The translations under genes were made by a program, and so were the position numbers. Positions 1-14,439 of a DNA stretch of 64,000 nucleotides are shown here, in pieces. Origin of the DNA: Octopus sinensis (lineage: Eukaryota); NCBI RefSeq assembly GCF_006345805.1, contig NC_043005.1:91698001-91762000 (forward strand), given 5' to 3'. The notes beneath the pieces are model-generated. The model was not told the origin of the DNA. It searched no databases and saw only the letters and a program-made list of their open reading frames with translations. Every line of letters starts with the position of its first letter. Position 1 is the first letter of the stretch.

Positions 1-1568
1 ATTTAGAACAAATCATTGAAGGCATTCTTGATTAGATTGTTCCGTGAAACTTTATTTTTCCGTGTATTACCTTGGCATTACATACTACTTGACAAATAAG
101 GCTATGGGTTTTGCCATTTTTGTATTTAAATCATTTGCGAAAAGAAGAAAATAAGTTGTTTACTCAATTATTCATTTTGTTTTAAGTAGAATTTCATTAT
201 TAAGTTAAAGACTTTGAATCATCTCTAATTTCCAGACTACATTTTGTCTTACAGTTTTACTGAAGAGTTCAACATTTTATTACTAATACACTGCCATTAT
301 TGTGAAATGTAAGTAACTTTGTCTTTACAAATATTCTCAATCTAAAGAATATCTACAACTTGGTGTAAATTTTTAATAGAAATCAGTATCTAAAATCTAC
401 CAAAGACCTGTATGAGAATGATTATTTTTGTTCATATTTTCATGTCTTGTCTCCTAAGAAAATATTTTTGACTTAAATCTAGTTAGACTTAGTTTGTATT
501 GTGTTTTTATGTTCTTTAATTAAAGAAAAAATGTGGTTTTTGTGCTGCTCCTGTTCAGAAACACAGACATGTATATATGTGTTGTGTTGTAAAAGTATTT
601 ATCTGTTTCAAACAACAAAGGTTGTGTATTGAGTATTGAACTCTTAACCTACCAAAAAAGTTAATCTAGTGCTTCATTTCTTCTGAGAAAGTTTCTTTAT
701 TCTATTTGGCTGATTGAAAATAACATTTGAGTGGCTATCGTTAGAGACTAAAGGAATTTGTGTAAACACCTGTGCCAACATTTCATGCAAATATTGAAAC
801 GATCACCTATTGATAAATCTTTTTGTGTTCTGGTAATTTACCTGTAGTGTTTGACTAACCTTGAAAGTAATATTTAACACTTCACAAAAGAAACCTACAC
901 AAACATATGAGTTTGATCATAAGTAGCAGCTAAGATGTCACCTTAATTACCTAATAATATTCTATAGAACAGACACCACTGAATAGTTATGAAACATTGG
1001 TATTAATTGGTGACATTGACTCATGTGTAGTTGACTTGTTATACATATTTTAAATTAACCTTTTCATGTTTATATCATTCAGAACTATTATTCTTAAATT
1101 CCTGCAGGAAATCTAGAAATACTGTTCACATATATAATTATTTGTTCTCTGTATAATCCAGATGGTGTGCTTGAAGTACTGGAATTGCTTAGAAGTTTGT
1201 TGAAGTGCTAGATGTCGTAGTTGAAACTTTGTGTTAAAGTTATTTATTTTATTCAATAACCAAGCACATTTCTATCAATGGCTTCATCAGTATGACTTAA
1301 AAGAAGTTTGTAGTTGATTGATTGGCATTAGAACTTGCATCCAAAAATTCATATAAATATCTGGATACACCTGGTCATTCTAAACCTTGCTCAAGTTACA
1401 GGTAGTAAACAAACTAATTGTTGTGCAATATTTTAAACTTTCAGAAATTTATGTTAAATCTAGAAAGGTCAATAAAAAAAAAAGTGCTTTCATGGAATGA
1501 AAATAAATAAACTTGGTAATGCAAAAAGAGATCATTCTAAACATACTTTGTATTTAATATATGGCTAG

Positions 1569-1712
1569 GTACAGATGGTGTGTGGTTAAGAAGTTTGCTT
1601 CAGACGGTTTCAGGTTCCGTTCCATTGCATGTAGTCCTACTAGGGTAAGGGTCTTCTATACCAAAGCCTTGTGAGTGGATTTAGTAGATGGAAACTGAAA
1701 GAAGCTTATCAT
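1569..1712 (+). mobile_element. tRNA-derived SINE (family B), degraded 5' part
   Basis: Head ...gtgtggttaagaagtttgct...caggttccgttcc, then the family core ccaaagccttgtgagtggattt.gtagatggaaactgaaagaagc seen in many copies in the window. Confidence 0.7.
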
Positions 1713-3080
1713 CACACACATACACAATATATATAATATGTATATATATGTATATATATATGTATATAGATGACTTTGATAGACTTAAAATTCCATGTGA
1801 AATGCATTTGGATTCAGAAAAATAGTCACAATGTTTTTATATTTACTATATATATACTATATTGACTTATATGCTAGAAAATACAGTATTGATATTAATA
1901 AGTGTCATGTTGTAAAGCTGTGGTGATATTAAAAACTTCTAGAAATGTACAACTCATATAAGGAATACCAAAAGTAAAATAAACTCTAAAATGAACAACA
2001 AAATTCTAAAACCGAACCGATTATTGTATGGGAAGGTTCCTAACACCAAGTCATGTTGCCAAGCAACAAGAGTTTACTTGCATGTTATCTGTGATAATTT
2101 CAACTAATTATCTAATGTTGTCAAATGTAGTTTGATTGAATCAGGTTATGTTTACAGCTTAGCCCCTCCCCCCACCTACTTTAATTTTTCTAGTATTTAT
2201 ATTTAACCTAATTTGAGTGTTAACACCATTTTCGTCATCTATTACTTAGAATGCTTAATGGTGCTAGTGCAAAACATTTTTGTAGTATTGCTTTACACAG
2301 TGTTCACTAATTATTTCTCCAGTTTACTAACGTGTTGCTAAGTTACAATTTTAAACAATACTTGTAAAAGGAGTTCCAATCATTCATAAATTCTTTGCTG
2401 TGACATTCCTCAAGTTGTTTGGGGGTTATGTTTTGCTGCAATTACTACCTGTAGCTTCCTGGTTAGACTTCAATCAAAACTTCTTGAGGTCACTTGACAG
2501 ATTAGAGGAACAGCTATTAGTTGTATTTTTAGATGGTGTCTGTCTTCTTTAATTCAAAAGTCAAATTTTGTGTTCAGGTAACTTTCAGTCTCAAGGAATA
2601 TTTGATTCAAATGCCTGCTACTTTTCTATCATAAAACTAGAATTTGTGCTATACAGTATCCTATATGACAGAGTTAATATTTTCCAACAATAAAATTCTC
2701 AAAATGAAATAGTTATCACAGTGTATTTTAAATTTTTTTGGTGTATTTTTGTGTGTGAATGTGAAAAGAAAACCCATCAGGATATTTAATTCAAATATTT
2801 TGTCTATCGTTGTCGTCATCATCCACTTTTCCATGCCCCCATGGGTTGGACAGAATTTGTTTTACAGCTGGTTGCCCTTCCTGTCATCAACTCTCATATG
2901 TTATCAAGTAAGTTAATATTTCCCCATGATGGCATGTTTTCACATAATATTAGACATGAAGGAGACCAGTTGTTTGACAGTGAAACTCATTTGCAACTAT
3001 CATTCATTTACAACTTTCAAGTCATGGAGATAATAACACACATGCATATACACACACTAATTATATATATATATATATAT

Positions 3081-3178
3081 CACCATGACCAACCAGGCTA
3101 TCAGATGTTGCTACACATCGCTGGTCACAATGCGCTTCGCATTGTTTTAGCCTTCAAATGACGCTACCCTGCTGGCTG
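3081..3178 (-). mobile_element. 3' fragment of tRNA-derived SINE (family D)
   Basis: Matches the 3' part of the full copy at 42806-43118 (gttgctacacatcgctggtcacaatgc..cattgttttagccttcaa). Confidence 0.7.
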
Positions 3179-3210
<32 letters not shown>

Positions 3211-3219
3211 ATATATATA

Positions 3220-3625
3220 ACAGACCTTTCAGTTTCTGTTTACCAAAGCCACTCACAAGGCTTTGATTGCTCAGGGCTATGCTAGAAGACCCTTGCCTAA
3301 GTTTCCATGTAGTGGAACAGAACCTGGAACCATTTGTTTGGGAAGCAAACCTCTTATCTCATGGCCACCACTAGAAAAAAAAAAGCAGGCATGCCTGCAT
3401 GGTTAAGAAGCTCCCTTTGCCACTGCTTGGTTTCAAGGGTTCAAACCTACTGTGCAGCACCTTGGGTAAATGTTTTCTGTTAAAGCCCTGAGCTACCAAT
3501 GCTTTGTGAATGAATTTGTTAAATGGAAACTGTGTGGAAGCCTGGCGTGTGTTTGTATTTGTTCCCACCACCACCATCACTCAGCAGTGGGTGTTGGTTT
3601 GTTTACATCCCTCTAACTTTGTGGT
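3220..3625. mobile_element. Head-to-head pair of family-B SINEs (about 3220-3370 minus, 3385-3625 plus)
   Basis: Reverse-complement core ctttcagttt..accaaa..cactcacaaggc, followed by a forward copy with tRNA head (tggttaagaagc..gggttcaaacc) and core gaatttgttaaatggaaactg. Confidence 0.7.
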
Positions 3626-4404
3626 TTGGCCAAAAGAGTCTGATAGAATAAGGAACAGGCTGGAAAATAAATTATTACATGCTAGGTAATCTTTTTTAGT
3701 TTGAGCAATTTCTTTGTGGAAATGTTAACTTTGCCACATGGGACCCTATTCTTGATGTTATAGCTATGGCACACAAGTAATAGGCCATTGATAAAGTTCT
3801 GTTCTAATTCACATCTTCTAGTTGGTGCTTTGTAGCAGGTTTTTTTTATGGTGAATACATAATCAACCTTTTGTTTCAGTTTGTCAAATATGATTTCTTT
3901 CTTTCTTTTTCTTCTTTTCAAACCAGCATTAATAAATGTTTGAATGGATTTCATCACAGTACTGTGATATAGGCATTACAGGTGAGTGAGTTGCTAGGCC
4001 ATCAATAATGGTGTTGTTTACATGACTGTGACAGTTAACACTTTATCGTCCAGTTCACTTCGAAGAAGTGCTGTGGGGTCATAAGACTGACCATCTTAAG
4101 GAAAGGCATCCCTAGTCAATAGATGTAGGTTTCATTAACTTGTGGATTGTTTGCTGAGAGATTGAGAGAGAAATCACATCTAATGATATAACTTACCCTA
4201 GATTAATGCTTCTAGATACCTAGATTAATGGTTCTATGACTTATGGGTTATAGGATTCAAGCACTACTTCATGTTGATCCATGGATTAAAAAATAACACA
4301 GGCCAACAAAAAAAAATTTTTCTCTGTTGTCAAAGATTTTGGTTCTGATCTAGTGATTTTTTTTCTTTGATGTACTGAATCTGAAAATGAGATCCGTTTA
4401 TTTT

Positions 4405-4659
4405 CATCATGACTGGCTTCCGTGCCGGTGGCATGTAAAAAGCACCAACCGTTTGTGGCCGTTACCAGCCTTGCCTGGCACCAGTGCCGGTGGTACGTAA
4501 AAAGCACCCACTGCACTCATGGAGTGGTTGGTGTTAGGAAGGGCATCCAGCTGTAGAAACTCTGCCAGATCAGACTGGAACCTGGTGCAGCCTTCTGGCT
4601 TCCCAGACCCTGTCGAACCCATGCTAGCATGGAAAACGGACGTTAAATGATGATGATGT
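4405..4659 (+). mobile_element. 5'-truncated RTE LINE 3' UTR with (GAT)n tail
   Basis: gtgccggtggca..aaaaagcacc repeat units, ttaggaagggcatccagctgtagaaac, ends cggacgttaaatgatgatgatg. The same sequence is contiguous with the RTE ORF end at 39045-39705. Confidence 0.8.
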
Positions 4660-4974
4660 CAAGGTATTAAGATGCTGGATCCATAGAATTTCATTGTTTT
4701 TTCAATAAAACAACTTGTGGGGAACAATGCATAACATACAAACATAAATAGAAATTGTTTTTTTTTTCAAACCTTGAATGTTTTCTTAAAATTCTACTGA
4801 AAAACTAGTAAAAATTTAAAAATTTCTACAAACAAATTACATCATAGTTTATGCCTGATTTTCCATAAATCTGCATTTGAATGATTTTTTTTGAGTGTTG
4901 GACCTCAGGAAGATCATGAGCCAAGTTCCAGCAATAGTCTACCATCATCTGCAAGCCCCATCTGCTTTGATGCC

Positions 4975-5529
4975 TTTGTTCCAAAGGCTGAGCTCCATCG
5001 AAGGAAGTTGTGTATATGGTGGGATCACTGCAGTATCATTCATTTTGAGTTTTTAGACCGCAGTCAAACACCAAATGCTGACTTATATTCTGCACAGCTG
5101 CAACATCTGCTTGAAAATCTTTTAAGAAAATACCCTGCACTCGTCAGTAGGAGAAATATTGTGCTTCTCCACAATAACACAAGACCACATTCAGCAAGAA
5201 TCAAGCCGGATAAAATATTGGATCTGGGCTGGTCTGTTCTACCCCATCCACCATATTAACCAGACATTACATCAAGTGATTTCCATCTTTTTCACTCTCT
5301 ACAAAATGCTCTGATGAAGAAAGAATTTCCCTAAGAAGGTCAGGTGAAAATGTATGTTGAAGCCAGGTGAATTTTACTTGAGAGAAATCAAAAAGTTACA
5401 TGATAAATGGTAAGAGGTCATTCAAAACAATGACAAATATAATAATAATTGAAAATAATTCTTTATAAAATTCTTTCATGAGTAAAAGTGTTTCACAAAA
5501 TTGGAAATTGTTTAAGACTCAACCTAATA
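4975..5529 (+). mobile_element. Mariner (Tc1/mariner) transposase relic, 3' half with right TIR
   Basis: Translation CIWWDHCSIIHFEFL...LLHNNTRPHSA...WSVLPHPPY*PDITSSDFHLF matches mariner catalytic-domain motifs (WWD, HDNARPH, HPPYSPDLAPSDYHLF). Ends in caacctaata, a mariner TIR-like terminus. Contains stops and frameshifts. Confidence 0.88.
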
Positions 5530-8500
5530 TATAAATGTGTGTGTGTGTGTTGAGCATGGGCAGAAACAAGCCACATGAGACATGGCTTATCATCATGTGG
5601 TATGCACTAATAATAAAAAAATTGAAGTAGAGTTCTAGGGAGGCCTGCCATTCAGAATGTCCCCACAGGCTGATGTGTAAACATATATTCTTATTGGCTG
5701 GGACTTCAAATCTTACCTGAAAGGTGATTCAACCAGTAAAGAAAATTATCTTGATGTTGATGTAAGAAAGCTTCACTGATGGAAGTAGATGCCGAAATAC
5801 TAAATTACAGTTGTAGTTAAAAATCTGAATAACAGTTTTTATTGGTTGCAAAAATTTGATAAGTGAATTTGTGTGTGTGTATGTACTATAACTATGATTG
5901 CTATACTGCGTGGCCTTATTTAACTCTGTATACACACTTTCCAATCAAATCATACTTAAATATAGTGGCAAATGTGTTTAATTAATTATTACTTAAATTA
6001 TCAACATATTATCATGTATAATCCAGGTGAGTGCACTATATACCTCTATTTAATTTATTAAAGTACAGAGCTGTAAATGTTTTGTATAAATCTATATATT
6101 GACATATATGTTATACTATATCAATACTCAAGGTTGCCTGTTGGTAAATTAATTAACATTAATTAAATACACCTGCCAACATATTTAACTATGTGTCAAT
6201 TTGAAAACATGTATACTATGTATAGATATTTAAAATGAGGCCATGAAAAATTTACATAATATAAATAGCATAGTATAAATATAGATGTGTGTATGAAGAC
6301 ACACACACACTAAAAAAATAAAAAATAGATGCACATGCATACATGACGCTAATACTTGCAGATATATACATCCACACGCACACACACATATGTAGTTTCT
6401 GTCAACACATTTTTCATTTACAAGGCTTGTGTTGACATGAGGACTTACATTATTATTGTTCTTATGTTCAGATCATTACACATGATTGAAAATTTTGTAT
6501 GCATTTTGCTTTCAATTTAGTTTCTTTAAAATAATGTCTTGGAGTGTAGCTGTGGGAGTGCTCAGTGTTTATGGTGACTGTTTTACAAATATTGTTGACA
6601 ACAATCTGAAGGTTGTTTGCCACCCTATGAACATTCCAGCACCCAGTTCTGAATAATGGTCTTTTGCTCTTTCTGTTGACGTTGTTGTGTAGTGTGTTTA
6701 TGACTGTTCACTTATCAGGAAGTGTCCTATTTTCCCACCACGACACTCAAACACTCAGTAAAGCAAGTGAACAGTGTCAGGACACCACCTTACTGGTTGA
6801 ACACCGTTTGGTTTGAAGTCATCAGTGTATGGTAATGAAGATAGTTAATAACCTCTCCCACCATCAGCAACAACTCCAAATGTTTGTAACTGGTAACTGT
6901 TGTTCTCAAAGTATTTGTAAGTGAAATTTTCTCTCTGGGGAATGAACTTGGGCAAAAATCTAGAGAATTTGGGTTACCCAAATGTTAGAATTTCCATTAT
7001 GGCTTTCTTGATAATATCTAAAGGAAAGGTAGAACCAGTGTGTTTGGTATCAGGTTGACTGCAGTAACTACTTGAGCAATGTCACTATTTCACCCAGAGC
7101 TGGGAGTTTGCTGATGGATGTTTTCACACATTGGTGGGTTCACATGCTGTATCTTATATCTGAGTCCTTTATAAGTATGGCCTAGATCGAAAGGAGCTCA
7201 CTCACCATGTGTTACCACAAGAGATTATTATCTGAAGCTTGTAACTAGAAAGTCTGTATTGACAATGAAAAACTCATTCAACTGCTAGCCACCAGTAAAA
7301 AGCTGAAAGCAGGAAAGTGAGCAGCTTACAGCTTACCCTGCTAATCTACCAGATACATCACAACAACCACTTTGATACACTACTTTGTTTGTGTATGTGA
7401 GTGTGTGTGTGTGTGATCATTATCATCATCATCATTTGAGTGTCTGTGTTCCATGCTGGCATGGGCTGGACAGTTTGACAGGATTTGATGGGGGTCAAGG
7501 ACTGCTTTATGCTCCAGTTTCTACACCTGGAAGACTTTCCTAACACTAACCACAGTGCAGTATGTACTGGGTGCTTTTTTGGGGGCGGGGGGGGGGACCA
7601 GCACTAGTGAGGTCACCATGCAGCTTGCAAGACTATGAGCCCTGGAGAGGCTTTATTCTAGGAGATGGTGGGTATGAGAGAAGGGTCTGGAGCAGATCCA
7701 GTCTCTTACTGTGGAGGAGTTCCATGACTATTCACATTTAGAAGAGAGGGTGGGAGTGATCAATTGGAGTTGGAAAGAGCTGAAATGGTGGTGATAAGAT
7801 GTCAAAGCATGAGGTGAGTAGAAGGGAGTGAGGACAAAGGAAGCAGGAGTGGGAGGGTGCAAGTGTGTGTGAGGGAGTGAAAGATGGGGGAATAGGTGAG
7901 AGGAGGGATGGTAAGTAACTATGGTAAAGATTAGGTTGGGGGTGAAGACTGTCACACCAAGTCTCTCTGTTTACTTATCTCTTTTTCTTTTTTTTAGGAA
8001 CGTTATCTATTGTTTACTTTTAAAATGTCAGTGTCATTAAAAAAAAAACACACATTATTTTGATTGTGGTAATTAAAAGAAAAATATATTTTTGTTTTGA
8101 TTTGGCAGAAAATATTTCAACTTAACTTTTTGTTTGATCTGTCAGTGTGTATGAAGATACTTTAACAATATTCTTGTAGCTTCATTTATCAAACCTTTAG
8201 ATTGCTTATCTGATCATACAAGATCCAATTAAACAAATTTCTATGGATTTTAGCAAGATAAATTTCTGTTCTCATTTATGGAAAAAAAAAGTGCTATTTT
8301 ATTACTTTTTTAGACATTTTTACTTTTATATCTCAGCTGAACATTTCAGTAATTTTTTTTGTTTTTTTGTTTTGTATATTGAACCTTTGATAAAAATTGG
8401 TTTTTCGATAGTCAGTGTTTGTCTGGTAATTGACTTTCCTGTTTTATTGTTTAAATCTCATCTGCTGTTTTGGCTTCTCTTGTTCAGAATTGCCTTTCAG

Positions 8501-8923
8501 TGAGCTAAAAGGAGTCTGTTGTGTAACTTGATAAAATATCAACTTCTAATGCCTCCTTTCACTTCACTAGCTAAAAAAAGAAAACAGCTTGAAAATATCA
8601 AATCACATCACACTACCATCTCTATCATCAATACTATAATTTACAACAATACTCAAAGATATCTGAATTTCGAACTGTTTTGAGAGGGTTGGCTCTAATA
8701 TCACCCATTGTTTTAATCTTTTGTTAAAATATTGAATATCAGAATTGAGGTTGCTGTCTTAGGTGAACAGTGCAGTTTTCATTTCTGCTAGAGTGAACTG
8801 GAGAGATGATGTCACATTTAACTCCAAACTTGACATTTATCTCTAATGTCATCACATTTTACGACTGCTGAATATTGGTACAATTGAGCTAATTTCCATT
8901 CAAATGGTTTTTACCCATCTCAC

Positions 8924-8925
<2 letters not shown>

Positions 8926-8980
<55 letters not shown>
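8926..8980 (+). repeat. (TG)n microsatellite
   Basis: Uninterrupted TG run. Confidence 0.95.
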
Positions 8981-8983
<3 letters not shown>

Positions 8984-9806
8984 CACAAATATGTGCGTGT
9001 GACACACTTCTCTTAATTCTTCTCTTTTCAGGAAAAATATTTTAAATGTACAATATTTGTGTTTTTATTAAATTTATTATTATTATTATTATTATTATCA
9101 TTATTATTACCATCATCATCATTATTATTATTAATATTGTTGTAAAGATTTCCTGTGTCTAAACCGAATAGAAGTTCTGTCTTGCTTTTGACCCTGGGAA
9201 TATTTAAATCACTGGCTAAAATCACACATTTAATGTTGGTTTCAATGTATGATATTAGCTTTATTTGAAATACATCCACCCACAAAATAGCTCTTTCAAA
9301 TCCTGTTGCAAATATCCACAGGATGCACTTCCTAACAGTGATAACAGCAATTATGAAGAAAAACTGAAACAGGGAGAAAATTATCAAGTTTTGATTTCGC
9401 ATTACCATTTTCATTTTTAAACAAGGCAAAAAAGATTGTATGTGTTAGATTTTTGTCAGTTTAATAGAGGGGGCATCTGATGATAAACAGGCAATTTTCT
9501 CTTTTAAAATGGAAGTTATCCAGTAGCTAAAGTATTTTCAGAGGAGATGGCCATCACAGAAAGAACATTTAATAGTTTCTTGTATCTAGCTAAAATCAGA
9601 AATTACTGACATTTATGCATTTCCCATGGGTTTTAGTAATGTAAATAAATTGGTAATAACATGGGAATTCAACTAAGAGGCTGAGAATTTACTACTACAA
9701 ATCAGTATCATGAGAATTACACCAAAAGTTTATGACAACATATGAATACCTAGCACTTCATTTACAAATAAATTGTATATTAGATGTTCATTAACACACA
9801 ACCAAT

Positions 9807-9847
<41 letters not shown>

Positions 9848-11059
9848 ATATACATAAAATGTATATACATAAAAGAGACCAAAATTGTGCTAATATATGT
9901 GGTCAAGCAAGCAAAGTACACATACATTGTTATGCAGTAATGTCTAAAGAGCATTTTGAAAACCAAATAGAATTTTGTGAAGATTCAAGTATCAAGACAG
10001 TATCAAGTTGTGAAGAGGAATTAATTTATGGATATTGATGATTTAGATAAGACTTATTAAAGTACACTGATGATTTATCAAGAATCTGTATCATCATCAT
10101 TGTCATCATTATTATTCTGTATTACCTTTTCCTTACTGCCATGAGTTGGATAGGTGCTCTAAGGAAATATTTTGTTTGTCCAGATGCCATTCCTATAGCC
10201 AACCTTTTTAATCATATGATATGCAAGGATACACTGTACTTATTCTTAAACCAGAATATATGTGGTAAAGAGAGTCCATATAACTTGGAGATAATTTTAT
10301 TATTTAACAGGTGTATAAGGCAAAGCAAAACTCTTATCTGTTTTATTTCAAAATTTGTTGTTGTGAATAGATGTAAGTTTATTTCACATGATATTTTTGT
10401 TTTTAATTTGTTTCTAAGATGAAGTATCATAACATTGAATAGCATAGGAAGAGTTTAGTATGCTAAAGAGATGAACAAAATAAGGACCAGTTTTAAAAAA
10501 GAAAAAGTACCAGGAGCAATTGTTTTCTTTTGATTAAATTTTTCAATGCGGTGTCCTAGCATGATCATAGTCCAATAACTGAAACAAGTATAAGCTGTGT
10601 GTGTGTGTGTGTGTTTGTGTGTATGCAGGAAACCTAAAAGCTGGTTATAGCATTTTCAGGTTTCTAGTACCAAATAGCCCATGCCATACTTTTTCATTTA
10701 GCCATGCCCAACAATTGGTGATTTACTTCTACAATTCTACAAGATTATCAACATGAAACTATTAAGTAACTCTCTTTTTCAGTTCACGAGACCTTATTAA
10801 ACCTTATTAATTGGTAAACAAATTGGAGCATTGGAGAGCATGCTATGTGCTGTTTCTCCAATGTACATTGTTGTCCTGTTTCTGCACCAGACAGCATGTA
10901 GTATAGGTGAACACTGGCAGGTGTTCAAGGAGGTGAAAAGCTTGTCAGTGCTCTACCAACATGCTCAGTTAGCACATAAAGGCCCAATGCTCGAAAGGTG
11001 GTCTTTACGTGCCACCGGCATGGGTGCCAGTTACATGGCACCAGTGTCAGTCATGACTA

Positions 11060-12310
11060 TGATCTCACTCTGCTTCTCAAGCACAGAATATCGCCAAAGT
11101 TCTTGGTCGCTAATCATTGCATCTGTGAAGCTCAAAGTTCAAAGATCATGCTTCATTACTTCATCCCACATCTTCCTGGGTCTGCCTTTACTACAGGTTC
11201 CCTCCACAGTTACAGACCAGCACTTGTTTATACAGCTGTCCTTATAGATACGCATCACATGACCATACCAGTACAGTCATCTCTCTTATACACCACATCT
11301 GATGCCTCTTATGCTTAACCATTCTCTCAAGATGCTTACACTCTGTCGAACATGCACACTGACATTGCGCCTCTAGTGAAGCATACTGGCTTCATTTATT
11401 TCAAGCCTGTGCATGCCCTCAACTGTCACAGCCCATGTTTCACTGCCATGTAGCATAGCTGTTTGCATACAGGCATCATAAAATCTGCCTTTCACTCTGA
11501 GTAAGAGGCCCTTTGTTGCCAGCAGAGGTAAGAGCTCTCTGAACTTCGCATAGCCTAATCTTATTCTCACAGCCATGCTCTCAGAGCATCCATCTCCACT
11601 TCTGACTTGGTCACTTAGGTAATGGAAGCTATCTACTACCTCTAGCTTGACCCCCACCCCTCCAGCAGTTGATGGAGTCTATTTTCTGCACATTTTCAGT
11701 GTTTATTGTACCTGTGCATCTTCCACATACAAAAGCTAGTTTCCCTGTTAACCTTCCCCTGATATTGCTCACCTTTTATGTGTCCAAAGCTTACATTGGG
11801 TACATCTTATGGAGTTTCTACATATACCTTTTCTACAGATTGAGCAGGGCCATCTGCCTGAAGGGATTTGTGATTTGTCTGCCTTTATACTTACTAAGAC
11901 TTTGGTTTTTGCTGGGTTAATTGTAAGGGCCTTCAATTCTAGACCTTAATTCCATACCTGGAACTTCTCTAGTTCTTGTGATTCAGCAATAAGAGCAAGG
12001 TCATCAGCATAGAGGAGCTCCCAGGGGCAGCATGTTTTAAATTCTTCTGTTATTGCCTGGAGGACTTTGATGAACAAGAGGGGGCTGGGCACCGATCCTT
12101 GGTGAACCCTTGCTTGTACCCTGAATTCTTCGCTGTACTCATTGCCAATCCTCATCTCAATGGTAGCATCCCTGTACATCTCTTACCAACCACTAGTTTC
12201 CACATTGACTAGCAGATAAGGGGTCAGGGGGACCCTGTCAAAGGCTTTCTCCAAGTCAACAAAGGCCAAGTACAGAGGTTTATCTTTGGCTATGTATTTC
12301 TCTTGCAGTA
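11060..12310 (-). mobile_element. RTE-clade LINE reverse-transcriptase fragment, degraded with internal deletions
   Basis: VHQGSVPSPLLF...WELLYADDLAL (RT domains 4-5) and KLEVVDSFHYL...TAMLHGSETWAVT, typical RTE C-terminal motifs. Confidence 0.92.
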
Positions 12311-12797
12311 TTTTCATTAAGTATTTCATTTTTTTCTTTACATAAATTGCAATAATTTGATTAGTGATCTATTTTATCTGTATTCTCATTGAAAACTATC
12401 TCTCAAAACTTGTCAATATTATTTATATGTTGATTTGATTTAACAATGTCTCTCTTTTTTATTCCAGCCTTTTAATAACCTCATACATTTCAATATGAAC
12501 CAGTGGTTTCTTGCCTTAGCCACCAACTTGCCTCAACATCTTTGTGCATTCTTTACTTGAACATATCACTTGTGAAAGAATTTTATATTTGGAGATTATT
12601 TACATATCCCAGTGCCCAAGGATTACTGTTAAGGGATTCTCATGGATGCTCAACTGCTTTGAATTTTTATGGAACTTTGACATACAATATCGGTTAAATC
12701 TCCCTTGAAGGTACTTGACACCAAATTCTTTTTTACATAGAACAAAATAAGAAACCAAAAGGAAAATCCAAGTAATGTCATTGCTGAATATTAGATC

Positions 12798-12907
12798 ATG
12801 GAATTAAGCTTAAGTGTGGATAATCTTTCTACTGCGGAACAGCACCAGATCTGGGAAGTTCTTCAAAGAGACCAAGCACTTCAAAACAAACAGTACAGCA
12901 AAATCAA
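12798..12907 (+). CDS. First coding exon of a synaptotagmin-like protein (Slp homology/Rab-binding domain, SHD1 helix)
   Basis: ATG at 12798 opens 36 codons MELSLSVDNLSTAEQHQIWEVLQRDQALQNKQYSKI plus 2 nt (AA), then a consensus donor GTAAGT at 12908. The LSxxEQxxIxEVLQRD pattern matches the Slp/Slac2/rabphilin N-terminal helix. Phase 2 matches the exon at 55851. Possible acceptor AG at 12793-12794. Confidence 0.88.
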
Positions 12908-14439
12908 GTAAGTTTGCCTTTTGTTTTTTTGTGCTTGCGCATGTGTGCGTGCACACACACACACACACACACAATCCTTTGATCAGATCTTGTTATTTCA
13001 AACATATAATTTTCAGTAAAGAGTCAGAGTGAATGCCAGGTAGAAGCAAGACAAACATTATGTGAGTCATATATTTTGATGTCTTAAGAGGAATATTCTA
13101 ATAAAATCAAATATCGTCTGTCAAAACTAGCTTTGAATCTACTTAATTGTTTTCAAATAATACATCTTGTTAGGTTTCATCATTAGATCTGCTTTCAGTG
13201 CTTCAATTATGGGAAAGAAAGTATCCTAGAAGATCTATAGTAGTGATCTACAGATATTATTTTCTTAGTAAATGGAATTGATCTAATCACCATCAGTAAA
13301 AATAAAAATATAAAAGATTGTTTAAAATCTGCCATTCCTGCTCTGCCAACATAGATACATGGCTGCAATCCTATTTAAGAAAAGCAAACCAACAAGAACA
13401 TTACCTTAGTCTTCAGCCTCCCACAGCAGAAATAATTCCACTATGTATAAAGAAATACATTCCCTCTTGGTTTGGTATTTTCTAAGACCTGTCTGCTGAA
13501 ATCTTGTTTCTCTGTAGGGAGAATAACACTTGCACGGATAACTGGCCGGAAATGATACTTGTATTAAGTCAATTAGAAATTGTCATAACTTTGACTCCAG
13601 TTCAAATGAAAGAAAAGAAGGAAAGAATATCATATTACAAACAAATTGCTTAGGAATGATATTCTACAGAACACATTTAAAAAAAATTCTTTACTGGTTT
13701 TAGTTACTGGAATATCGAGGCACAACCTCCAAGTGTTTTAGTCAGCCATATTAAACCTTGTACCTATTTCAATGAACTCTGTTTAGTGAAGTGCTAAGTT
13801 ATACTTTTGACAAGAGATAAATTTCAGACAAAAGATATGGATGCAGAAATACTCACATGCATATTCAATGGGCTTTCATGTACCTTCCATGTATTGAAGT
13901 CTACTCACAAAACATTTGTCAGTTAGAGGTTACAGTTGAAAAAAACTTACCCAATATGCCATGGCCCAGTATGCCATGGAATAGTGTTGGGAAACACTTT
14001 TTAGCCACAGGACATGTTTTAGCCTGCACCACATAGATAAGCCTATTTGGGAAAACATTGATGAAAAGTAAGCATTAAAGGTACAATAGAGGATACACAG
14101 GTTCTTAAATTTATATATTACACCTTTCTGGGATGAGAGTGAGAAGATGGCTATTTCTTCTCAACAATCCTTAAGAAAAGCATTGCATTGAAGACATTAA
14201 AATTGTTAAAATATAAGTACCTGAATATAATTCTGTATGTACTTTAGTGTGGATGCAGCATGGCCAATGGTAGGTCGTCTCCGTATATGGGATGTGGGAG
14301 TGAAGCTAAGCAGGCAGTAATAGTGTCTTCATGTACATTATGCTTTTCAGGTTCCCATATGGTTTGTACCAGTGCACACTGTACATTTGTTGTTAAAATG
14401 CTTGTCAACCTGTTAAGAAGTGGGAGCTTTTTTTTTCTG

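Noticed and set aside
1161-1210. Possible terminal exon DGVLEVLELLRSLLKC* after tccAG
   Set aside because: No partner exon or recognisable domain; short enough to be chance.
9028-9429. 133-aa minus-strand ORF
   Set aside because: Length is inflated by (AAT)n and (GAT)n microsatellite; no splice signals or domain recognised.
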